Positions 35,571 to 47,984 of a DNA stretch of 64,000 bases are shown here, one piece after another. Position 1 is the first letter of the stretch. Each line of letters begins with the position of its first letter. Where the stretch lies: the NCBI RefSeq assembly GCF_963921235.1, contig NC_086097.1, positions 209,438,001 through 209,502,000 of the forward strand. The letters run 5' to 3'. Origin of the DNA: Mobula hypostoma. Taxonomy: Eukaryota. A program made the position numbers and the translations under genes. The notes beneath the pieces are model-generated. The model saw only the letters and a program-made list of their open reading frames with translations. It did not search any database and had not been told where the DNA came from.

Positions 35571-35825
35571 AAACTTTGGCCTCTTCATCTGGACACGAGT
35601 CAGAATGGATTCCCTTCTGGATTATGGCTAGGCTAAACTGAGGGCTGGGAGTCTACCCTATTTGATCCAACACCCCTTAGAACTCCTGATGCAATATGTT
35701 TGCCAAGTGCTTTGTTATGTGTGGAACTCCGATTATAATATGCACACCTAATACAAAATATAGTAAACCAAAGTTAGAATGAAAACTATCCCATGTCCCA
35801 TAGATGTGCAGATTAGTATATTAAT

Positions 35826-35955
35826 CTGATGAAGTCCTGATGAAGGGTCTCGGCCCAAAACGTCGACTATTCTATTGATGCTGGTGGCCTGCTGAGTTCC
35901 TTCAGCATTTTGTGTGTGTTGCTTGGGTTTCCAGCATCTGCAGATTTTTTCATGT
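35826..35955 (+). mobile_element. PLE pLTR end fragment with a hammerhead-like motif (G12 to A)
   Basis: agtcctgatgaagggtctcggcccaaaacgtcgact...ccagcatctgcagattt. Confidence 0.75.
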
Positions 35956-36151
35956 TAGGATGTTAATTACCCTAATGAGTAAGTGAGTGATAGAAATTGG
36001 GATGGGAGTGATGTTGATGGGGTTGGTTTAAGTTGATGGGGAACTTTAAGTATCTAAAAAGTGCATAGATTTAGACTATCATTTAAAGGTCTGTCATCAA
36101 CTTATTTAACAAATTTAATTTTTGTTACTCTTTATAAATCACTTTTGTTAG

Positions 36152-36416
36152 GTTAATGTTTTTCATCTGCATGCTATTGACTTGGGTATTCCAACACTCG
36201 TGCATGTTGAACACGACAGTGTTGGATATGGAGCTGGTTGGTATCTGGAGACAATCAGTATTATGGAATCAAAAGAAACCAGTGGAGTCCAAGAGTACGT
36301 GTTTCCATGCCAACAATGGATTGACAGTGAAGTTGCTGACAGACGAACCGACAGGAAGTTAAAGCTGCTTGGAAAAGTTAGCAATAAAAGAAAAATTAAG
36401 AAAGAAGTCCTTCAGG
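36152..36416 (+). CDS. Exon 6/12, C-half of a canonical PLAT domain plus linker
   Basis: ttttgttag acceptor; VNVFHLHAIDLGIPTLVHVEHDSVGYGAGWYLETISIMESKETSGVQEYVFPCQQWIDSEVADRRTDRKLKLLG...; donor CAGG|gtatga; phase 0 to 1. Confidence 0.93.
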
Positions 36417-37019
36417 GTATGATGGCAGATAAGTTTTTCATTGCTCTGAATATATTTTCAACAGCTAAAATACATACACAAAAGGATATTTAAATATTTT
36501 ATTTTTTCCCAGTACTGTAAATTTATGAATAGTTTTTGTGTTACTTGCAATTTTATTTTACCATAGTTGATATTATTCTGTATGTAATTTGCTTCAATTC
36601 CTCAAATGGCATTTACTTGATAATTTGGGTGTATGATATTGTGCTTACTTATAATTTTGACAATTTTATTTTAAGAGCTCTTTGATTATCTCTGTAGTGG
36701 GTACTACTTCATTGCAGTGTGCATGAGCAGATGATCCTACCCAAAAGCCTTTGTACATGAAATTATTCAATCAGGTTACTGGATGTTTAAGAACATTCTA
36801 ATTTTCTTCAACTGCCCACTTACAAAGGGCAAACCATTTCATTATAGTTCAAGTGGCAAATCGGAGGCACCAACACAATTTTTATACATTGTGAAATGTA
36901 TACACGTTTCTACTATATGGCTAAATAATAATATTGAGGATGAAACTTTATGCATTTAATTGAAATATAGATCAATGAGATATTTCTGAAGATCACAACG
37001 TCGGTGAGGAGTCCATAAA

Positions 37020-39085
37020 GTGCTGGATGGCAGAAGTGAAGGAGCAAATTTGGGATTGCTTTGAGTCGATTCACTGGACCATCTTCAGGAGTTCATCAGG
37101 AGACCTAAATAAATATGCCATAGTCATCACTGGCTTTATTAAGACATGAATATCCAGTGTGTTCTTATTGAAACATTCTGAGTCTTCCCTAATCAGAAGC
37201 CTTGGACGAACAAGGAGATTCCTAATCTACTGAGGGATACATCTGTGGTATTTAGGGCTGGCAACACAGAGTTATGTGTGAAATCCAGGTATGACCTCTA
37301 GGAAGCCATTGTGAGCTCAAAGAGGCAAAATTGAACTAAACTGGAACCACAGACGCAGAGTCAACTGCTGTGGCTGGGCTTAGACAATGCATCTTCCTGC
37401 AAGGCAAGATAGTGTAGCATAATTGGCAGTAACCCATCATTGCCAGGTGCACACAAAGAAATTTATTCATGATTTGACAGGGAGAACTATGACACATCTC
37501 TGAGTAACTCTGTAATTTCAGTGTCTGAAGCCAATGTACGAGCATCCTTCAGGAATGTGAATCCACGAAAGGCATCTGATCCAGATGGCATACCTAGTGG
37601 AGCACTAACGATCTGAGCAGACCATCTTGCTGGAGTATTTTTGGACATATTCAACCTCTCAGTTCTGTGGTCCAGCTTCCAAAAGGAATCTATTGTACTG
37701 TGCCCAAGAAGAACATGGTAACCTACCTCAATGATAACAGTCTGGGAGCACTTGTATCAACCATAATGAAGTGCTTCAAGAGGTTGCTCAGGGCACAAAT
37801 CAGCTCCTGCCTCAGATATGATCTGGATCTGCACCAATTTGTCCATCATCATAACAGGTAAAGAGCAGATGTGATTTCTTTGGCTCTTCTTTCTGCTCTG
37901 AACCATCTGGACATCAAGAATTCTATATGAGGCTCCTGTTCATTATCACAGACATCCCACCCAAATTCATCATCAAGCTTCAAGCCCTGGGCCTCTGTAC
38001 CTCTCTCTGCAATGGGATCTTTGATTTCCTCACTGACAGACCTCAGTCAGTGAGGACTGCTAACACCATGTCCTCCTTACTAATCATCAACAAAGGTGCA
38101 CTTCAAGGCTCTGTGTTTAGCCCCTTGCTCTATTATCTATACACACACGACTGTGTGGCTTAGTACAGTTCCACTACCATCTTCAAATTGGCTGATGACA
38201 TTACTGTCATTGAACAAATTGCCAGTGACAAAGAGTCAGATAGCCAGAGCAAGATGCAGACAGCTAGTGCAGTGGCACTGCAACAACAACCTCTTGCTCA
38301 ATGTCAGCAAATGAAAGAGCTGCTCATTGACTCAGGAAGGAAAGGGAGGACAACCAGGTGCTTGTCTACATAAGGGGAGAGTCAGTGGCTTTAAATTCCT
38401 GCCCATTAACATACGGGATGAACTAACCTGGACCTAACGCATAGCTGCAATTATAAGGAGATCATGCGGGTATTTTTACTTTCTCAGGAGGTTAAGGAGT
38501 TTCAGCTTGTCACCAAACACTCCAACAAACTTCAACAATTATACTGCTATAAGTATCTTGACTGGCTGTATCATGGATGAGTACAGCAGTTCAAAATGCA
38601 CAGGAGCATAAGAAATTGCTGAGAGCAGTGGACTCTGCCCATTATATCGCAGATACATCCCTCCCCAGCTTGGTAGTATCTACAGGAGGTGCTGACTCAA
38701 GAAGGCAATGTTTATCATCAAAGATCCCCACCTTCCAGACCCTGCCACCCTCTCGCAGCTTTTATCAGGCAGGAGGTAGAGAATCTGAGGTTCCACACCA
38801 CCTGGTTCAAGAACAAACACTTCCCTTCAACCATTCAGTTCTTGAACCATCTGGCAAAGTCCTAAACACTGTTTAGCAACACTATGACAACTTGGATCAC
38901 TTTGCACAAAAATTGACTGGTTTTGTTCTGATTCTGTCCTGTCTGGTAAATGCTGTGTATAAGATATGTTTTTCTTGTGAATGTTGCTTATATGATGTAT
39001 ATGCCTTTGATGCTGCTGCAAGTAGGTTTTAAAGTACACCTGTGTATACATATATTTGAGTATCAGACAATAAACTTGAACTTGA
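37020..39085 (+). mobile_element. Rex1/Babar-like LINE, about 2 kb decayed fragment
   Basis: aatcagaagccttgg (NQKPW), TIMKCFKRL, GALQGSVFSPLLYYLYTHDC; tail aataaacttgaacttga. Confidence 0.85.
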
Positions 39086-40398
39086 TTTATTCTTTGAATC
39101 TTGAAGTTTAATCTCCACTTTGGTTAAAAGCATTTGCCCAGTTCCCAACCATGTTTGCCAAAAACACACTGAGTTGCCCCTGAAAATCTTTTATTGCTAA
39201 ACAAATACACTATGAGCATTTATTGTTACATTTGTTGAATAGTTTATTGAGATACTGTATTTTCCTATGTGTGAATCTCATAGAAATGTTCTGGGAAGAC
39301 AGTTGACAGAGCAAAATTCTTGGTTTCTGGCTTACTGGTTTGAGATTCTAATCTTGAGAGAAACTACAAAATGAGGTATCATGGCAGCAAATTATGCCAT
39401 TGTTTCATGTTTATTGTTTCAATTTGCAAATATAAGCTATGCTAATTTTGATACATTTTAATTTGAGTTTAGGCTTTTCACATGGCAGAAATGAACTGAG
39501 TCTCATCTCCACTTTTCATATCTGTTAAAAATCAAGTCTAGAGTGAGATATATGATTATAAGGTTAATATATATTCTGAGCTCATCACTGATACTTTTTT
39601 TACAAATTAGTGGCTTGATGTTGTCCACAGGAAAGTTGGAGCGCAGTTCAGTACTCCAAGGATCTTAGTCTCATCTGAACACTTTCTGTGTCTCCTTTAG
39701 ATTATTCTCAAAATTGAGTTGATGGGCTGGAAATAATAAAGTGCTGCAAATGTCAAAAATATTAGGACAACATTGTAAAATGAATCAGGACCTTGATGCT
39801 TGGTTAATCCACTGCTCAGTTAGCTCTCATCTATTCAACTTTTTTTTGCCATCTGCTCATTATCACATTACAAATAATGATGTCTGGTATAAACATGGAA
39901 GAGAACTGGGGGGGGGGGGTGATTGAAGCCAGTTTGTGTCTATTATCCTTGTAAATTTGGAAAACAAAAGCCAGATTTGAGAGGTATTTGAAGAAGTTTG
40001 TAGAGTAGTTCTTGAATGACAAAGGTTTAAGATATTATTGGTGATTGAAACTTTTCCCGTCTCCCCTGCTCCCCATTTCTTAAAGCACAAGGAGTAAATC
40101 CAACTTTCTTTCAGAAGAAATTTAGAAGTAGGTAGAGACAAATTACTCACTTGGCACAGTCTCATGAAGGTTCTTGCAAAGACTTCCATCATCGCAGAAG
40201 ATAGGATGGTAATGGAGCCTCTGCCTAATTGCCCATTATGTATTAGTAAACGTGGCAGACCCTTAGACATTCTATTAGATTAATTTTTTGTTGTAAGATC
40301 ACTTAACTTTGATCGTGGTACCATGCTTCACTATAGAAGATTTAGTTCACCATTTTGGTCACTCTGTTTTTGGGAGCTGCCAGTGGCTGTTTCATACT

Positions 40399-41891
40399 AT
40401 ACACACAAAATGTTGGAGGAGCTCAGCCAGTCAGACAGCATCTGTGGAGGGGAATAAATAGTCACCGTTTCAGGCCAAGACCCTTCATTAGGACAAGAAA
40501 GGAAGGGAGCAGAAGTCAAGAAGTGGGGGGAGGGGAGCTGACAGTTGATAGGTGGAAAAAGTAAAGAGACCATAAAACCATAAGACGTAGGAGCAGAATT
40601 AAGCCATTTAGCCCATGGAGTCTGCTCCGTCATTCAGTCATGGCTGATCCTTTTTTCTCCCTTCCTGAGTTCCACTCCCCAACCTTCTTCCTGTAACCTT
40701 TGATGACATGGTCAATCAAGAACCTATCAATCTCTGCCTTAATTATACCCAATGACCTGGCCTCCATAGCTGCCTGTGGTAACAAATTCCATAAATTCAC
40801 CTCCACTGGCTAACAAAATTACTCTGCATCTCTGTTTTAAATGTCCGCCCCTCTATCCTGAGGTTGTGCTCTCTTGTCCTAAACTCCCCACCATGGGAAA
40901 CATCCTTTCCACATCTACTCTGTCAAGATTTCAACATTCAAAAGATTTCAATGAGATTGCTCCCCATTCTTCTACATTCCAGTGAGTATAGGCCCAGAGT
41001 CATCAAATGTTCTTCATATGATAACCCTGTCAGCAGATGAACTGAACTAAATGAGTATTTTGCACCGGCCTTCACTGTGAAAAACACTAGTAGTATGCCA
41101 GAGGTTCAAGGGTATGAGGAAAGAGAAGTGAGTGCAGTTACTATTACAAGTGAGAAGTTGCTCAAAATGCTGAAAGACCTAAGGGAATAGGAAGTCAAAT
41201 TGAAATGGGTAGCTACTGGAAGATCTTGGCTGTTGCAAGAAACAGAGTGAAAGTGAAGCAGTCTTCCAGTCTGCATCAGGCCACCCGATTTACTAAGTGG
41301 CCCAATAGGATCATAGGTGAAGTGCAACCTCACATAGAAGGACTGTTTGGGCTCTGAACGATGCTGAAGGAGAAGGTGTAGGTGTAGCCCTTGTCACCAT
41401 TATAGGGATAAGTGTCAAGAGGGAGGTCAGTGGGGAGGAATGAGTGGACAAGTGAGTCCCGTACCGAATAATCCCTATGGAAAGCAGAGAGAAGTGGAAA
41501 AATTGTGCCTAGTGATAGGATACCATTAGAGATGACAGATGTTGCTAAGGATAATTTGTTGGATATAGAGGTTCATGGAATGGTAAGTAAAAACAAGGGG
41601 AATCTTTTCCCTGTTACTACAGTGAGGGGTAGGTGGTGGGAGTAGATATCCACCCCTCACCACTGTGCTTCTTACATCACCCACCTTCCCCCTCACCTGG
41701 TCTCCTTGTACTCCTTCTCCTCCTCCCCTATTCTGGATCATGCCCCCTTTCTTTTCAGTCCTGATGAAGGCTCTCAGCCTGAAACATTGCCTGTTCCCCA
41801 CCTTAGATGCTGCCTGACCTGCTGAGTTCCTCCAGCACTGTGTGTGTTGTTCAAGATTTACAGCATCTACAGAATCTCTTGTGTCTATGAC
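40399..41891 (-). mobile_element. PLE with an inverted pLTR and a 15-bp TSD, interrupted by CR1 fragments (about 40565-41185)
   Basis: TSD TGGCTGTTT(C/G)ATACT (40384-40398, 41892-41906); - strand pLTR 40400-40560; - strand body QDLPVATHFN and KIPLVFTYH; + strand pLTR 41655-41891. Confidence 0.8.
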
Positions 41892-42915
41892 TGGCTGTTT
41901 GATACTGCTCACAAAACAGAGTTGGTCAGCTGGTTTGAATGTAATATCAATGCAAGTAAAGCGTTAGACTGCAAGATGCCATAACCTGGTGGAACACAAT
42001 TTGTGTTTTGTTTTGAGTTGCTAGATCTGTTCTGAACTTATCCCATACAGAATGATGACAGTCCCATATTATGTGATGGTGAGCACCTGCAGCTGGAAAC
42101 TGCATTTAATCTCCACAAGTCACTTCTTAAAGAAGAGTAAAATGTTTCTCCAGCTCACCTACTTGACATAACTTCTACTGGAATGCTGGTGCGTTGGTTG
42201 GAATTTGTTGTTCTCTTGTAGCTTATGACAGTACACGAGGCCAAGGCAAGTTGCTTCCATATTATGGTGGAACCCAAAGCCTTACCTTGGATGAGTTCCT
42301 GGAATCTTTGCTCTGTCCTGTACATCTCCTCATTTAATTGGTTCATTTTGGGATAGGACTTCAGCAGCTTGGCTTGTTTAAATGTGAACCTGTAGCAACT
42401 CAACAATAGAAGTATTTGTGGCAGGGAATTCATATTTATTTGTAACTAAATATTCACACGCATACTATTCTGATTATAGGCCATTAACATGAAAAGTTAA
42501 GTCTTTTACTCTCCAAATATGTATTCATTTTGAGAGGACTAGAATATAAAAGCAAGAATGTATTGCTGAGAATTTATAAGGCATTGGTCAGAACACACAT
42601 GATGTTATTGTGAGCAGTTTTGGGCCCCTTATCTAAGAAAGGATATGCTGGCATTGGAGAGGGTCCAGAGGAGGTTCACAAGAATGATCCCTGATTTATT
42701 GGGTATGTCCATAAGAAAATGAATCTCGGGGTTATATATGGTGACATATACAGTATGTACTTTAATAACAAATTTACTTTTAACTTTGAAATTTGGAAGG
42801 GTTAATGTATCAAGGACATTTGACAGCTCTGGTCCTGTATTCACTGGAGTTTAGAGGAATGAGGGGCAATTGCACTGAAATCTATTGAATATTGAAAGCC
42901 TAGATAGAGTGGGGA

Positions 42916-45900
42916 CCCGTGCGGTTTCGAGGTCCTTCAAAAGAATAGAACCGCTGTACCCTGGCACGCATGTCGTAAAAGGCGACTAAGGATGGTTGGG
43001 CATAGGGTTAGCAGCCCTATCCTGTAAAAGTAATTATTGCTACAGAAACATCAGCAGCATCAAAACCAAGCCAGCTAGTCTTGGGAGAGGTAGGGCCTCT
43101 TCTGGAGAGCTGTATGACGTGGAGAAGTGAAAGCCGAAAGGAAGCTCCTTCACCGAGAAACCTACTGTCAACCAAGAAGACCTCTAGAATTGGCATCTGG
43201 AATGTGAGGACCATGTATGAAGCTGGGAAAACCCTAAAAGTGGCAAAAGACTTTCAAAACAATAAATTAGATATTTTGGGACTCTGTGAAAATAGATGGA
43301 CAAATTCAGGGCAAGTACAACTCACTTCAGGGGAAACTATCATCTATTCAGGACACATGGAAGAGGATGCACCACACACTGAGGGAGTAGGATTAATGTT
43401 ATCAAAACAAGCAAAGGGATCACTTTTGGCTTGGGAAACATCAGGACCCAGGATCATGTCTGCATCCTTCTGCACCAGTAATAGGAGAATAAAGCTAAAC
43501 ATTGTGTTACCCTATGCCTCTACAATTGACAAGGATACCATTGTCAAGGAAGATTTCTAAAACAGACTGCTAGTACTCCTGGAGAAGCTGAAAAGAAGAG
43601 ACATCACCATCCTCATGGGAGATTCTAATGCTAAAATTGGAAATGACAACACAGGATTTGAAGAAATAATGGGGCAGCATAGACTTGGAGACAAAAGTGA
43701 AAACGGAGAGCTATTTGTAGACTTCTGTGCATTCAACAAAATGGTAACCGGTGGCAGCATATTCCCTTACAAGTAGATCCACAAGGCAACATGGATTTCA
43801 CCACATCATTGAACAGGAAACCAGATCAGCCATATCTGTATTAGTAAGAAGTTCAGAAGATCCATGCAGGATGTCAGAGTCCTTAGAGGTGCGGACGTGG
43901 CAGCAGATCATCATCTTGTTATTGGTAAGCTTCAGCTCAAACTTAAAAGGAACTATGCTGCAACAAGCAAAATGAAAAGCTATGCAACACAATTTATGAA
44001 GGACCAGGGGGAAAAGACAACAATTCAACTAAGTATTGCAGAACAGATTTCAAGCTATGGAGAACATAAATGAAGAATCAAGTGTGGAGGGGATCTGGGA
44101 ACAAGCCAAAGATGTCTGGACCCGGTACATGTGAAGAAAGACCGCCAACACAAACCATGGATTTCTGCTGAAACACTCAGAAAAATAGAGCAAAGAAAAG
44201 CAAAAAAGGATGCACTTAACAAAAGCAAAACAAGAGCATTAAAGACTGTTGCACAGAAAAACTGTGCAGAAGCAAAATGAAAGTGAAAGGGAGCATTAGA
44301 ATGGACAGAAGTAACTATATTGAAGACCTAGCAAAAGAAGCAGAGCAGGAAGCATCAAAAGGGAACATGAAAGGACTGTACGACACAACCAAGAAATTCT
44401 CTGGCAAATTTCAACCAGTGGAAAGACCAATTAAGGATAAAGAAGGATAAGTTCTGACAGGAGTTGAGGACCAGACCAAAAAGTGGGCCGAACACTTTAA
44501 ACAGCTTCTAAACAGACCATCACCACCAGAACCACCTGTCATCCCACAAGCAGAGAACGACCTAGAGATAGACAGTGGCACTCCTGCCAAAGAGGAGATC
44601 AGAATGGCAATCAAGCTTCTAAAGGATGGTAAAGCTGCAGGACTTGATGGTATACCTCCAGAGGCACTCAAGAGCAGTATAGACACATCTATTGAAATGA
44701 TGCATAACATCATAAAAAAGGTTTGGGAAGCAGAAAAAGTACCCAAGCACTGGAGAACAGGACATCTAGTTGAGATCCCTAAGAAAGGAGATCTCCAGGA
44801 ATGCAAAAACTACAAAGGGATAACGTTGCTTTCAGTGCCAGGAAAAGTTCTGAGTCATTTTAGAGAGATTGAAGAATGTAGTGGATGAGAAGCTTAGAGA
44901 TGAACAAGCAGGATTTCGACAGAACAGTTCTTGCACTGATCAGATTACAACTCTTGGGATTATCACTGAACAGTCGCTAGAATGGAACACATCACTGTAC
45001 ATTAATTTTGTAGATTATGAAAAAGCATTTGACAGCCTGGACAGGGAGACAATAAGACATAGAAAAGTACAGCACAGTACAGGCCCTTTGGCCCACAATG
45101 TTGTGCCGACCCTCAAACCCTGCCTCCCATATAACCCCCCCACCTTAAATTCCTCTATATACCTGTCTAGTAGTCTCTTAAAATTCACTAGTGTATCTGC
45201 CTCCACCACTGACTCAGGCAGTGCATTCCACGCACCAACCACTCTCTGAGTAAAAAAACCTTCCTCTAATATCCCCCTTGAACTTCCCACCCCTTACCTT
45301 AAAGCCATGTCCTCTTGTATTGAGCAGCGGTGCCCTGGGGAAGAGGCGCTGGCTATCTACTTTATCTATTCCTCGTATTATCTTGTACACCTCTATCATG
45401 TCTCCTCTCATCCTCCTTCTCTCCAAAGAGCAAAGCCCTAGCTCCCTTAATCTCTGATCATAATGCATACTCTCTAAACCAGGCAGCGTCTTGCTAAATC
45501 TCCTCTGTACATTGTGGAAACTAATGAGGCATTTTTGGATTCCAGAGAAGTAAACTAACTTGGTAAAGAAGATCTATGAAGATATGGAATGCAGAGTAAT
45601 CCATATAGGTCAGTTGTCAGATACTTTCTTTGCTGATGACTTGGCACTACTGTCACACAGCCATGCCCAGATGCAAGAGAAAATAGATCTTCTAGACTCC
45701 ACATCTCAGAAAATAGGGCTATCCATCCATGTAGGAAAAACAAAATTACTAAAAGTAAATGCAGGAAACAACATAGTTATCCTGAGAAATGCTCTTCTAG
45801 AAGAAGTTGAGTCATTTGTCTATCTGGGAAGCATTGTCAACAAGGAAGGAGGTACAGATGAGGATGTAAAAACCAGGATCCAAAAAGCCAGAGGAGCCTT

Positions 45901-46418
45901 CATAATACTACGTCCAGTTTGGATGGCAAAAGAGCTAGGGTTAAGAACCAAAATGAGAATATTCAACTCTAATGTCAAATCTGTCCTCCTATCTGGCTCT
46001 GAGACTTGGAGACTGACACCAGAAGTAATCAGAAAAATCCAGATCTTCATCAACAAATGCTTGCTTCAGATTTTGGGGCTAACATGGACAGATTATGTGA
46101 ACAGTCCAGAATTATGGCAAAGGACCAACCAGACACCAATTGAGGCAGAGATCAAGAGAAGGAAGTGGTACTGGATAGGACACATGTTGAGGAAGCCCCC
46201 AAATAGTATCACCAGACAAGCTCTCATATGGAGTCCTCAGGGCAAGCAAAATCGAGGTAGGCCCAAGTCCACATGGAGGAGGGAAGTGTTAACCGACGCC
46301 AGGAGAGTGGGACTGACATGGTCACAGCTGGAGAGACATGCACAAGACAGGTTGATCTGAAAGAGGTTGTTGATGACCTATGCTCACTAGTGAGTTGAAA
46401 GGCAGAAGAGGAAGAAGA
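42916..46418 (+). mobile_element. RTE-clade LINE with both ends present (Perere-3/SR3-like), inactivated
   Basis: 14-bp TSD AGATAGAGTGGGGA (42902-42915, 46419-46432); ORF from ATG 43114 with APE (IGIWNVRTM, DILGLCE, GADVAADHH) and RT (KAAGLDGIPPE, QAGFR, FVDYEKAFDS, FADDLALLS, RGRPKSTW); (GAA)n tail; internal RT deletion near 45625. Confidence 0.93.
45052..45508 (-). mobile_element. CR1 3' end inserted in the RTE RT
   Basis: Splits the DRET|LWKLM codons; ERRRMRGDMIEVYKI and FFTQRVVGAWNALP on the - strand. Confidence 0.9.
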
Positions 46419-47432
46419 AGATAGAGTGGGGAGAATAGGACCAGAGGGAACAGCCTCAGAATACTGGGACCGTGATGAGGCAGAGTTTCTTTAGCCAGAG
46501 AGTGGTAAATCTGTGGAATTCATTGCCACAGACAGTTGTGGATGCCGAGTCATTGGGTATATTCCTTAGCTTTTTTGACTACTGGAAAGCTGTCACACAC
46601 ATTCAGTAGCACCATCCTAACCGGAAGTTAACTGAAATTAACCAGAAATAACCAGATGCTTTAATTTAAAGTAGAGGTTGATAGATTACTGATTATTAAG
46701 GGAGTCAAAGGTTGCAGGGAGAAGGCAGGAGAAGGAAGTTGAGAAGGATAATAAATCAGCCATGATGGAATGGCGGCGCAGACACGATGGGCCAAGTAGC
46801 CTAATTCTACTCCTACGTCTTATGGTGTGGTCGGATAAGTCCAATGATTTAGTCTCCACATGGCTTTATTTTTTGGTCACATATTTTCTCACTGATTGAC
46901 AAATTCAGAAGTAGACTGTCTAACTGATCTCTCCCTTTAAATCCAGTGTCAAGTGTAGTTCAATATCATTAATTTAGCAATGTTTTCTAAAGTATTAAGC
47001 CGCAGAATTCCCAGGTGAAACATATGGACAATTCACAAATTCTGGTCTAAAAGGTAGTAGTATCTTTTCTACCACAACTAAGCTAGTGTTGTAAGTGAAT
47101 AACCCCTTGTCTCACCAATTCAAGTAATTAATATAAAAATAAGCTGCTTTCCTTCTCAAAATGCTGGGTTGATCAAATTAGTTGACTTATAAAGAGCAGT
47201 TTATTGCTTTAATTTAAATATTCGTATTCTTGGGAAAGTTCATTCTTGCAAACATATCCTGGATGCATCAAATAAATAAAAATTTTAATTGGTTAAGAGA
47301 AAAAAGCTGATTTGATATAGATAGTGAAAATTGCTATTTGTTTAGAATCAGAAAAATAATAGATACAATATATCTTGTGGTTGTGCTTGCGATAATCTGT
47401 TGATTAACCACATCAACATTTCTGTTTATTAG

Positions 47433-47674
47433 GGAGCTGGGATGTCTTTGTGGTCACCAGTGACCTGCCAAACAGCGGCACAGATGTAGAAATAACACTA
47501 ACAGTCTGCTGCGAGAATGGCCTAGCTTCTCCCATAATCCTTAAGAAAGGGTCTTTGAAAAAAGGTTATACTCACCAGACCTCATTAAACATACCAGGGC
47601 AATTAGGAGCTATCACTAAAGTAAGACTCGAGAGAGAGGAATCCATGACTGAAGATATTTGGCATTGTCGGAAG
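47433..47674 (+). CDS. Exon 7/12, PLAT domain
   Basis: tttattag acceptor; GSWDVFVVTSDLPNSGTDVEITLTVCCENGLASPIILKKGSLKKGYTHQTSLNIPGQLGAITKVRLEREESMTEDIWHCRK; donor AAG|gtaatg. Confidence 0.9.
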
Positions 47675-47857
47675 GTAATGTGTACAGATGTTTCTGGTGA
47701 CCAATAGTCAATTATAAATCCTTAATGCTTGCAATTGCTAATGCTTCTCAGCAATATTCATTATTTTCTTTTCTTCACATTTTTTGGTTTAGATATTATT
47801 TCAGCCAGTCCAGTAAAATTAACTTGTAGCATTATCATATTTGCTTCATCCTCTTAG

Positions 47858-47984
47858 GTTGAGCTTCGACACCATGACACTGAAGAGGTCTTAGAATTTT
47901 GGTTCCTACGCAGCTTATCACAATTTGAAGGTTGTATGGTGGTGGAACTCCCTGTAATCAAAAGCAGCACCAGATTTCTCACAG
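47858..47984 (+). CDS. Exon 8/12, PLAT C-terminal segment
   Basis: cctcttag acceptor; VELRHHDTEEVLEFWFLRSLSQFEGCMVVELPVIKSSTRFLT; donor ACAG|gttagc; phase 0 to 1. Confidence 0.87.

Larger units (their letters stand above)
42510..46830 (+). mobile_element. CR1/HER1 3' fragment hosting the RTE insertion
   Basis: gaggactagaatataaaagc...tgggccccttatctaagaaagg before the RTE; ttctttagccagagagtgg...cctaattctactcctacgtcttatgg after it. Confidence 0.8.

Noticed and set aside
42916..42995. Confident HDV-like or twister ribozyme call
   Set aside because: I could not build the nested double pseudoknot or find twister consensus nucleotides, so it is reported only as an unclassified candidate.
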